From contig NC_042998.1 of the NCBI RefSeq assembly GCF_006345805.1, forward strand, positions 112,902,001 through 112,966,000: a DNA stretch of 64,000 nucleotides. Direction: 5' to 3'. This document shows positions 48,126-59,459 of the stretch, one piece after another. The stretch's first letter is position 1; each line of letters starts with the position of its first letter. Source of the stretch: Octopus sinensis. Lineage: Eukaryota. Below the pieces are notes generated by a model. That model saw nothing but the letters and a program-made list of their open reading frames with translations, made no database searches and was not told the DNA's origin. The position numbers were made by a program, and so were the translations under genes.

Positions 48126-49280
48126 ATGACCAGCGAGAGGTGTGTTATTTCTTTGGAACAATTTCGCCATAGGTATTGGCAAACTCATCCCGAATCGTTG
48201 ATGGAAATGAGTAACATTTTCTGGAGCTACCATAAAGTAAGTGCTACCTATCTTAGATGTGTTGGATTCTTCGATAAATATCGTTTACAAAATCTTTCAG
48301 AATACTTTAATGATACCGAAGATATCATCAATCTTGGCATCCGCATGAATTTTTCGTGGGATGTTGTTGATAGTGTAATGAGAGATAACAGCATGGATAT
48401 AAAAAGATTAGGAGAAATCATGTTGACAAACTATATTTTGGTGAGTCATGAAGGCGACGAAAAAACTGTCGAGCAGATTGTGAATATATTTCGCGAAATC
48501 GGTAAACATGGTTGTGGTATGAAAATTGAAGAAGATTTTCGATGCTGGTCGCAGCAAACTTGTGACAAATATAAGAAATTGGATGAGATTGAAAAGAAGT
48601 TCAAAGACGGTAAAACTGAAAAACAACTGAGAGTGTTTGGGTGGCAAATGAAACACACTCCCGAACGATTCTTCGATTATCTTGGAAATTTTTGTTCACT
48701 TAAAGAGTACGATAAAGAAGTATTTGTTGATCTTACTAAAAAAGACTTAAGTGATATGGCAGTAGAATTACTAAAAAATGCTCCTGTTGAGTTTGCCTTT
48801 CAATATTTACCATCAGCTGCTAAATATCATTACGATTCCAGGTTAGTCTTTCCCTTAGAATGGATAGTAATTAAGCCTGATTCTGATAAAAAATATTACT
48901 CATGTGAAAAATTAATGTGGCTATTTGCCACACATGATTTTGATAAAACAAAATTTCATAAATTTATGTTACAAAACTTTCCTAAAGAAGAAGTTTTTAA
49001 AGAAATTCTTGAAAAATATCCGCAAAACCAAACAATTTCCACATTTCAAATCCTTATGTATGTGTTTGGAAGTAAATCAAGTTCAAGTTGTGACTACACT
49101 AAAAATATGGAAATTCTAAAAATGTTCGAACCTTTTAAGAGATATGTTTCAATATTCCAGGATAAATGCAAAGTTGAAAAGATATTAGTTTTTAAAAATA
49201 TTTCTACCCATGACGCTTTATTATATGTAATTATAATCTTCCTAATCTGCGGTTGCTTTAAAAAAAATCCTGTTTTATGA
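48126..49280 (+). CDS. Intronless 384-aa protein with tandem death-domain-like repeats and a C-terminal transmembrane helix
   Basis: 1155-bp ORF of normal composition in unique, non-TE sequence. aa ~49-137 fit the death-domain pattern (LQNLSEYF...INLGIRMNF...VDSVMRDNSMD...IML...TVEQIVNIFREIGK), with weaker repeats at ~163-240 and ~258-345. ALLYVIIIFLICGCF-KK at the C-terminus; AATAAA at 49660. Domain calls are by eye. Confidence 0.75.
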   Translation: MTSERCVISLEQFRHRYWQTHPESLMEMSNIFWSYHKVSATYLRCVGFFDKYRLQNLSEYFNDTEDIINLGIRMNFSWDVVDSVMRDNSMDIKRLGEIMLTNYILVSHEGDEKTVEQIVNIFREIGKHGCGMKIEEDFRCWSQQTCDKYKKLDEIEKKFKDGKTEKQLRVFGWQMKHTPERFFDYLGNFCSLKEYDKEVFVDLTKKDLSDMAVELLKNAPVEFAFQYLPSAAKYHYDSRLVFPLEWIVIKPDSDKKYYSCEKLMWLFATHDFDKTKFHKFMLQNFPKEEVFKEILEKYPQNQTISTFQILMYVFGSKSSSSCDYTKNMEILKMFEPFKRYVSIFQDKCKVEKILVFKNISTHDALLYVIIIFLICGCFKKNPVL

Positions 49281-50122
49281 TTCAACCTCTATATGGTTGG
49301 GCGATTCTTTAAAAGTTCATTCAATAATTTTCCTTATAAAGATAAACGAAAAAACTTAAAGGTGACATCAGCTGCCTGTTAAGATATCCTTATATTGATT
49401 ACCACTTATTACTTAGCTGCTAAATAGGAAACGAGAGTGACTGAGGATAATCCTTCGCTGCATCAGTGTAAACCTGGATTTTGTGTTGGATTTCCACCGT
49501 ATTAACGTATGTGGTTTTTATTGGGAATCTTTTCTTGTTGACATTTTATGTATTGATGTTTTTGGTTTTTATTTTCATTTTTTTTTTACTTGATGAACTT
49601 CTCCCACTACTTTATATTTTGTCTTGGTAATATCCCCAACATCTCAAGCCTTTGTGGCTAATAAAAGAAATCATCTTTGGTTTATCTTACAATTAGTACC
49701 TATTCATATATTCATACAAATTGCGTGATACAAATTTGTGAAAACAAGAGTCATTAACAATGTATTAAGACGCATTAATTGTATTTTCAACTACCCAAAA
49801 CGGCAGTGAACTGGCAGTCCTTAGAGCATCAGACAAAATGCTTTGCAGTATTTCTTCCGATTCTATGTTCAAATCCATTTCTACCTCTTCTAGCGACCTG
49901 TCACTTTAATCAGTGCTCTCACTTCTTTTTGCCCAGTCTACCTAGACCATCTCTCATTGCTGTCCTTTCAGTTTACCTTCTTGGTCATGTCCCTCTGATC
50001 ATATAGGCCGATAAAATAAAGTACCAGCTAAGTCGATGATATGGACTAATCCCTTCCCTTCAATCTCAAAATTGCTGGCCTAGTGCCTAAATTAGAACCA
50101 GTTACTCATATGTAGTGAGTAC

Positions 50123-50154
<32 letters not shown>

Positions 50155-51862
50155 GTGTGTGTGTGTATGTTCCTGCGCACGCATTCATAATTAAAAGATG
50201 AATAAATGAAAACAATGTAAATAAGAGCAGCGCGCACACAAACGCACGAGAAGCTACCATTTAGGTTGGGTCGGAGCCTCTTACAATCTCCATTACCTTC
50301 TCAGCCTCGTACTGAAACCTTGTACATCCAGAAGATTCTCTGGACATCCTCTTCTGCGCATTCCATTTTCAGACAATGCTAGACCATCGGTGAGGTTTTG
50401 ACCAAACAGTCTATCATCTATATTTTTTTAATTTTATTTTAAATTCTGGCTCTATTTTTTTCTCCTCAGTTCTTTGTGCTAGTGTTATTACTGTATCTGT
50501 CGTTGCCCAGTTTCTTCCATTGTTTTTTTAGTTCCTTTCGGCAGAAAGCTTTCAATTGGCTCTAACCACAACGCGTATAAACAGCTAGACCTTTTACCCT
50601 ACACCACTATATAGTCTAAATGCCTTTCTCTCTGCACCCGGTATGAAATGCAGCACTTGGATTACTTTAAGCTCTTCGAGGGTCATCGAGGTTCATCAAC
50701 AACAACATGTACATGTAGACCTCACCGGACAACATATCGTCCCTGATATCACGGAGCTCACCACCTGCTCACACCATGCCATGAAGATTAGAAGCTAAGA
50801 TCACTGTCGCAACTAATTTTCTTTGCCGTGACACTGCTGCATTATCTCATGGATTGGTACACAGACAGGTGGGCATGTGTGTAATGCACTAGTATTGCCT
50901 GTTTCCTTGGTCCTGAAAACCAGACTCATTTGACCTGCCCGACCAAGAGAAGAAACCTCGTTCTATACGTCATCTAGAGCCTCATTCAACTGGTCTTATG
51001 AGAATAATTGAAGCAGGTTTTACCTGTTCTTCGGTTATTCCCTCAGTTAAAGAAGCACTTGCTTTAGTGACTTACCACTCACATTTTTTACTGGCTGCTA
51101 ACTTCTGACAGTTCCCTCTTGCAAAATGGTAGCAAAAGACATGTTGGTAATGTCTTCGTGTCCTGAAAACTATTGTTTTCGCTTGTAAAAATTACTTTTT
51201 CATTTGATAAAGTACATGGGTCTGGTTGTGTAATTGAGTTTGTTTTCTCTTTATATGTTTGTACTCTGTAATATTACTGAAATGCATGTAAACAAAAAAT
51301 ATATAAAAGAAAATCTTTTTGTGTACCTCAGGTAGGAAAGACTTCCTTACCAGTTGCACACTGGGGTCAGTGTCATCGACTTATCCTCTACTCTTAAATT
51401 GCTGGGCTTGTGTCAAAATTTGAAGTCAATCAAGTGGTTTGATGTTTTACACGCTGTGTTGCCAAATGAAAATGTTCAAAAGAAGTTGAATTTATACAGA
51501 AACATAAGCTTATTGAATTTACCAAATATGAATTGTATGTTTTTATTAACGATTTGCAGGCGTGACTTCCCGACTACATGTCCCCACGTTCAGCCCTATT
51601 GAGTAACACTTTGGGCAATCTTCTTCGGCCGACCAAAGCTTGTGAATGGATTTGGCAGACAGAAACTGAAAGAAGCCGGTCGTATATATATATATATTTA
51701 TATATATATAAAAGCTTCGTATATTCTACCGATATTTTTGCCGAACCGCTAAGTTTACGCGGACTAAACACACCACCAGTTTCACGGTTGGTGCTGGAGC
51801 AAACACGACACATATATGTTGTTGGAGATAGGTCGTTTTTTTTTTCGCCCTTGCCCCCTTAA

Positions 51863-51905
<43 letters not shown>

Positions 51906-51974
51906 AATATTAGGGAATAAATCCAAATTTACAGGGAAAAAATCAGATTTAGGATTAATCCATTTTATAGTAAA

Positions 51975-52135
51975 TATTATAAAATATTATTAGAGACCCA
52001 CTATTTTGCAAACCAAGGAAAGACTTAATCATACTAAATTTTAATAAATAGTCATAATTAAATTTTATGTATTGATATTTTCCTTGTTTGTTTTTGCCCA
52101 AATAGTGGTTTTGTCTCTAATAATATTTTAATATA
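51975..52135. repeat. Inverted repeat with ~65-bp arms, between (TA)n tracts
   Basis: aaaatattattagagac..ccactatttt vs aaatagtgg..gtctctaataatatttt. Confidence 0.75.
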
Positions 52136-52508
52136 TATATATATATATAATTATTAATTTTGATAATATACATGTCTGACGTGAAAAAGTATTGATCTAT
52201 ACGTGCAAATATTAGTATGTGGACGTGCGGATCTGTTTTGTACGGATATGTACAATTATTTTATTTATGTATCTCGAGTATTTTGTTGACGAAGGAAATC
52301 TGCATGTTTTGCGGTTTTAATCTAGAAATTGGACCCAATTCACGATTAACGTGAAGTCTTTTTAGGGTTTTTTTTTCACCCGCTCGCCTACAATCCATGT
52401 TTATTTTTGGAGTTTTCGGTCGTATCTGAATGCCTCGGCACGTTGGAGATGGGTCGTTTTTTTTTTTTTTTCGCCCTTGCTCCCTTAATATAATTATATA
52501 CTTATATA

Positions 52509-53219
52509 CTGTAAATCCTCGAGTATAATCCACATCCCCCCCCCCAAATCCCTAGTGCGTACTATATACGAGCTTAAAAATGAAAAATATTCTCTAAGCC
52601 GGTCCGAGTCTCTATTTGCTGTCCGGCAATGTTTATTCAGATGCATATTGTGATGTCGGGCGCGAAAATACCTTCAGCTAAGCCTGAAAGCAATGAAGTC
52701 ATAAAAGAATCATCCATAACTTGCAGTAAGCAACATTTATTAAAATAAAAGTTTTCAGAAATAAATGAAAGTGAATCTTCTGACGATGACGGAGATTTAC
52801 ACTACAGTGATGCTGACATGTTTACGGAGAAACAAATAGAACAGTTATTTGATGCTGAAAGTGATGTTGAATTTGAAGGATTTGAATAAATGTTTTTGCT
52901 TTTGTAACTGATAGGAATAAATATGTAAAGGCAGTTTACTTAATATTTATTTTTTACTGACATTATTACTGTTATTTCTTTATTTTCTGCAAACAAAATA
53001 CACAAAAAAGCTACACGTTTGCATTGTTATATATGCAGTAATAATAAAGGACGTTACCGTATACATTTTTACAAACCAAGGATGTTATATAGACCTCCTT
53101 GACTCCAGTTAGAGAAGGGGTGCGTATTATACACTAGGCTTAGGCTTTTCAGAGGTACAGCCCCCTAAAATTCCCTTGCGTATTATACTCAAAGGCGGAC
53201 TATACTCGAGGACTTACGG
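52509..53219 (+). mobile_element. Non-autonomous pogo-type element with TIRs and TA TSD
   Basis: TA|ctgtaaatcctcgagtataatc ... gactatactcgaggacttacgg|TA; internal acidic tail SESSDDDGDL...LFDAESDVEFEGFE* typical of pogo transposase C-termini. Confidence 0.85.
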
Positions 53220-55133
53220 TATAATTATTAATTTAATATGCCGCCTAACTGACTCCCCGTGCCATCCGAACGTGGTCGATGCCAGTCTCCCCCACCCCCC
53301 GACTGGCTCCTGTGCCAGTGGTATGAAAAAAGCACCATCCGCACATGGTCGATGCTAGTGCCGCCTAAATGGCTCCTGTGCCGGTGGCACGTAAAAAGCA
53401 CGCACTACACTCTGGGAGTGGTTGGCGTTAGGAAGAGCATCAAACTAGAAACCTTGCCAGATCAGATTGGAGCCTCGTGCAGCCTGATGGCTTGCCAGTC
53501 ACCCCAGTCAAACCGTCCAACCCATGCCAGCATGGAAAACGGATGTTAAATGATGATATATATCGCCGCTTTAAAATATGTACTGGCTCGGTAATAGAAG
53601 AGCCTTTTAGTTGAATGTATCGATGCCAGGGTAATAAAAAATGGAAATAAAAATTATGGGGAAAATAAGTAGTAAAAGAAGCAAAGGGCATGTGGTGGCA
53701 TAGAGAGAGTCTCAAGAAAGTGATTTCTGGTCGAAGTACTTGACTGCACCGAAGAAACTTCAACTGAACTGATACAAAGGTAGATTTTGCCTGGGTCTCA
53801 CTCACATAGTCATCGATGGATAGCGAGCATATAACAACGTTGGTATCCTCAATGGTAGTCCCTACATGCACGAGGTGATTATACACCAACAACATTTTCT
53901 TGATCCTCAATATCATCCACAGTCAATATGTGGTTTAGACAGTTTGGGACATTAGACGAATTGTTTGTTTCATATCTGCATGAGTTTTTCTGGCATAATT
54001 CCACTGAGAAAAAGAAGATATTTGTTCACTTTCTGGCAGCAATCGCCAATCTTTATGCTGTATAAAAAGCTGTTTCTTTTATTACTTATCTCCCCTTAAT
54101 TTTATTTACTTTTTTTATATAACTAAACTGGACAACCCTGACGTCGATGCATTTGACTAAAAATTCTTCAAGGCAGTGCCCCAGCATGGCTGCAGTCTAA
54201 TGACTGAAACATGTAAAAGATAAAAGACAAATGTCTGTACCTGCCTTTTAAAATTGTGGTATTCTTTTGTTGTTGTTATGGGAAATTATATCTAACTGGT
54301 TTCTGCCTCCATTGAAACCACTTCGTTTGGATTTCCAGCTGTGAGCTACAGCCTGTTCATATCTTTTTATCTCTTTCATTTGTTTCAGTTATTTGACAGC
54401 AGCTGTGCAAGAGCGCCGCATTGAAGGTTTAGTCAAACAAATCAGCTCCAGTTTTTACACTTTTTTTAAGCCTGATACTTATTGTATCGGCCTTTTTTGC
54501 CGAGCCGCTAACTTTCGGGGATGTGAGTAAACCAACACTGGTTACCAAGCGGTGGTGGGGAATACACGCATGCATATACAACATATTTGCAGTTTCCGTC
54601 TTCCAAATTCCCTCTCAAAGCTTTGGTCAGCCCAGAGTCTATAGTAGAAGACACTTGCTCAATGTACCTTGCAGTGGGACTGAACCCAGAACCGTGTATT
54701 GAGAAAGAAACTTCTTATCACATAGCTAGGCTTACACCTATATATAACCATAAAAGTATAAACACTTACGTAAACATTTATTGGTCAATCAGTATTAGCT
54801 GTGAATGGATTTAGTTGGTCTGAAACTGAAAGAAACCCGTCACATGCGCGCACGTATCTCTATGTTTATCCCACACCACCATTTGACAGCCGGTGTTGGT
54901 TGTTTACATTCCCGTAACATAGCGGTTTGGCAAAAAGTGATCGAAAGAATAGGTATGTTTTTTTAAAAACTAAGTACTAGAATCGATTTGTTCAACTAAA
55001 GCCTTTCAAGGTGGTGCCCCAGCATGGCTGCATTTCAATCACTGAAGTAAAAGGCAGAAGAGAAGAAAGTCCTATCCTTTCCTTTACTCTATTCTTTCTT
55101 TATTATTATTTATATTCATCATTTATTCTTTAA

Positions 55134-55953
55134 CTAGCATTATGACCCGTCGTTGCTAGTGCATGTATATATGTGTACATATTACATGTACATATATATA
55201 TACAACTACACATAAAATACAAAATACAAAGTTATATCTTGATATCGCTAGTGATAACAATACTCAAAAATATATAAGAGACTGGAATTGTAGGCCTGTC
55301 TCTTGCAATTTCGATCAATTGTATCTTGTCCTCCCTCATGTATAGAAGTGTGGCTACAATCCAGCCTACCTCTACTTCTGGGGGGATATTTTTAATTTTT
55401 ATCCGGGACATCCTACATCCCAGATATAAAGGTAAAAATAAAATATTTCCACTTTGCAAGGTTCAAGTTGAGTACTTCCTTGCACGCTCCGTTGACTCGA
55501 ACCTTGCTTCTATTGTGGCAAATTTACCGCCTCTGGTTAGATACTTGATATCTTTCATAGTCGCACCAAGACACTTTTCAATGGTGCTTTCCTCCAGGTG
55601 TTCAAATCTTTTTTTCTCTACATTGTATACTTTATAGACAATAGTCTTTTCTTTAATTTTATTTTTTATTTCGTTTGGTAGTGTTATCCTAGATTAAAGT
55701 GAAAGTATCTGACATAAAATAGAGAAATGTTTTTGTTTTACTTTTAACACGTAATACTGAAATAGTGGAGAAGATATGATATTGCTATGGGCTCGCCCTA
55801 GGCAAAAAGTTAAAATTGTTTTTGCCGATGACACTTCCTGGACCCTAAGTAAGGCATGTGTAAAATTTGAATGAAATTGGTTGTGTAGTTCTCAAGTCTT
55901 AGAGAAACACACAGACAGACAGACACACATTCTCAGTTTTATATATAGAGAGA
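55134..55953 (-). mobile_element. Non-autonomous Helitron carrying a coding fragment
   Basis: Minus strand A|TCTCTCTATATATAAAACTGAG ... ATGCTAG|T; internal ~135-codon frame with one stop (~55640-55232). Confidence 0.8.
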
Positions 55954-56659
55954 TAATGCAGGACACATGCAACATACCGACACACACAGATGTTCTTTAA
56001 CATTATATAAATAGACCTTTGTACATAGGTAAGCTATAGTCAATCAAATATAATAAATACATTATTTGTATGGATATTCTTGTCCACGAATGCAATCTAA
56101 TTGATTATTACGTCACATAACCCTTTCTACTATAGGGACAATGCCTGAAATTCTTTGAGAGGGGGCTTGTCAGTTACATCGACCCCAGTGCTCAAGTGGC
56201 ACTTATTTCATCAACCCTGAAAGGATGGAATGCAAAGTTGATTTCAGAGCAAATGAAGAATGAAGGGGGTATGAACTATTTAAGGAAGAATTAAGTGGGT
56301 ATGAAGAAAGTGATATGAACTTATTACAAAATGACAATTGTAAAATCCAATTTTTTTTTTTGTATGATACTTTTGATTTACGTTTTTCATTTGTTTAATA
56401 ATAAACTAAATTATAAGAATTAGGGAGGATAGTATTGCCAAAAATATTTAACAAATTGTGTAAATTGTTCCCGCCAATCTGTCCAGGATGATCAATATAC
56501 TACTTAAAACCTCTGTAATTATACCAGTTAATTTATTGTTTCTCTCATGACCCTCAGAGTGAAAGGCTGATTATAGGATGCCTGTGTACTTTATAACCAT
56601 GTTACATAGCAGTGATTACAGAAGACTTGTGAAGGCTTGAAAGAAATAAAGTTAGCATT

Positions 56660-57263
56660 CTCCATTGAGTGGGTAATGTCAGTGTGAATGCATGACAGAA
56701 TGTAAATGATTTAAGAGGAAAGCTGTGTGTAAGATTCATCAGATGTGTGCAAGAGAGAAGACTGTGCTGGTTTGGTCATGTGATGCATATGAACAAGGAC
56801 AGCTACATAAAAAGTGCTGAGCTCTAATTATAGAGGGTAGCTGTGGAAGGGCTAGACCCAGGAAGACGTGGGATGAAGTGGTGAGAAAGGATCTTCTGAT
56901 GTTGGGCTTCAATGAGGAAATGATAAAGGACTGGGAGATGTGGCGATTTGCTGTACTTGATAAGACATGTTAAGCTAAGGAAAATCTCTGTCTTCCATGC
57001 TTACAGGCTTGTCCTTTCAGGTGCTGGCGCCACATAAAAAGCATCCATGCCAGTGCTGTGTTAACGTACTTGTGCTGGTGGCACGTAAAAAGCACCCAGC
57101 ACACTCTGCTAAGTGACTGGTGTTAGGAAGACCATCCAGCCATAGAAACCATGCCACAACAGACAGTTGGAATCTGGACAGCTCCCTGCTAACCAGCTCC
57201 ATGTCAAACCATCTAACACATGCCAGCATAGTGAGCAGACATTAAATGATGATGAAGATGATG
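56660..57263 (+). mobile_element. RTE LINE 3' fragment
   Basis: QERRLCWFGHVM and [17 protein letters not shown] motifs; (GAT)n tail. Confidence 0.8.
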
Positions 57264-57299
57264 ACACTGATCTGCTCCATAACAACATTGCAGTAAACT

Positions 57300-58263
57300 G
57301 CTACCCACCAACACATGGGATATAGAAAGAAATAATTTTGTCTAATACTTGGATAATACCTGCTTACACAATACATTCAAGATTTTCCATTTGAATCATC
57401 TGTAGTGATTCACCAAATGCATTGGATTCTTACTGCATTCTGATGAATTATGAATTAATCTCAACAATGCAAGAAAGTTAAATGTAGTTTCAATGAATTT
57501 TCCTATTTTCATCTGTATTGTCAGTTTGCTCTTGTTCCAACAACATCAGGTTTTTGCTAGATGAACTTTCTGTATAGGACACTAGCAACTCAACTACACC
57601 ATTCTCTGTGACTGCTTTAAACCCCCTATCATTTGCAAGTGTCACTGTATTTTCTGTTTGTAGAATACTTGTAAAGTTATGGATACAGTTAGGCTATATA
57701 TTTTTCCAAGCATCATTCAAAGTTAAGAGTTTCTCTTCATCCCATGACTCTTTTAAGTTGGATATCTTCCAGAGGTCTCTATCTCCTTGTTAGTTGTTTG
57801 AAAGTTCGAATAATTTGTCTTCATGATAACTGTCACACTTTGATCCATTGGTTGGAGCTTAGAAGTTGTATTCTTGGAGATATATTTTAACCTTGCATTA
57901 TCAGAAAGCTCATCAGAGTACAGTTGGTGGCTTGATTCATTGTCTAAAAGGAGCCGTTCTTTCTTGGGAATATTATGTCTGGCACTGTACCTTTCTACAT
58001 CAGGACAAAAATGCTTGTAAACCACTCTTTGAATAGGGTTTTAGTCATCCATGCCTCCCTAATTTGAACACCATTTCAGAGGTAGACTAAATGTTCTGTA
58101 AAACTTGAAGGCCTTTCAATTTTCAGAGTGATAGACAAATAGGAGCTTTTATTTCATATTACCTTCAGTATTTCCTCTCAGAAGAAGCATCACATGATTT
58201 TTAGCTTTAAATCCTGGTGTTCCTTTTGCTTCTTGAGAAATACAAGTTTTAGGTGGCATGCAC
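57300..58263 (-). mobile_element. Tigger/pogo (DDE_1) transposase remnant
   Basis: MPPKTCISQEAKGTPGFK, LLLRGNTEG, LLLDNESSH and SKNTTSKLQPMDQSV motifs. Confidence 0.85.
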
Positions 58264-59455
58264 TTACAGAAAAATGTTAATTTCCACATTGTTTGTAAAA
58301 CAGAGGTCCAGGATATTTTTGTGCCTGACTGGAGAGAGTATGAACTGCTCCATAAATAGCATTTTTGTAACATCAAGTAGAGATTCTGCTTGATTTCGCT
58401 CTTTGTTCGTTATTGCTGGGGTTATGTTGCCCTCAGGCCACCTGATGTTGGGGAAGTTGAAGATACCCATCAGGAATATAGTAATGACGTTGATGTTGGC
58501 GTGATTTATATATCTTTTATCTTTTACTGATTTCAACACAGGGCTGAGGTCATGCTGGTGCACCACCTGTAGTTACTTGGTGTTGTTCCAATATTGTTTT
58601 TGGTGAAATAGCAACGGAGCTGCTCTTCTTTGCGTCTCATGCCGCAATGTAGGTTCATCTGGTATTTCAGATAGAAACCTGTCCAGACATTCCTTGAAAA
58701 CTTCCACATCAACACCGTGTAGAATGTTGAACAATTGCAGGCTCTTGAAACCCAGACTGTTGCAGTGATGTTTCCTTATTTTAGATGAGGAAGACAGGAT
58801 CTTTGGTATGATGCAGTGCCATCCAGTTCGAGGATTGGTATAGTTGTCAATTCCAAAATTGGGAGCTAAACCCGCTAAGATCTTCCAAATATATATCACC
58901 ACATTTCTCTCTCATCTTCTCTCCAGGGAATAGAGACTCAGCTCCTTTAGCCTCTCACAGTAGCCCATCTTTTGCATCGAGTCAAACTTCTTTGTGTATT
59001 GGTGCTGGATTGCTTTGAGTTCAACAATTTGTTTCACACTCTCTGGGGACCATAGTTGGGTGCAGTAGTCCAAGCAGCTGAGAATGAAGGTCTTCCATAG
59101 GAACAGCAGGGCTTCCCTTTTCCTGCTTCTGAATGTCCTCAGAATCCATCCAGCCACTTGCCTGCACAGTGTTGCCATCTTGGTAATGTGCATATGGAAT
59201 ATTGCATCATTGCTCATGTGAACCCCCAAGTCATGCACCAACTCTGATTCTGGGATCATATTACCTTCTGGTCAAGTGTATTCTGATTTTAGCCTGGTGT
59301 TAGACCAATAGTGGGATGCCTGAAATTTCATAGCATTGAATTGCATGTTATTTTTTGTTAGCTCACTTGTAGATTTCGTTCAGGTCTTTTTGCAGTTTTA
59401 TGATGTTCTCTGGGTTCCTAACTGCCTGCAATAGTTTTGTATCAGCAGCATAACT
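58264..59455 (-). mobile_element. CR1/Jockey-group LINE fragments (RT C-terminal region plus an endonuclease piece)
   Basis: GWILRTF, LDYCTQLWSP, LYSLERR, IYIWKIL.GL.PN; FNFPNIRW and NILDLCFTNN. Confidence 0.85.
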
Positions 59456-59459
59456 GGTC

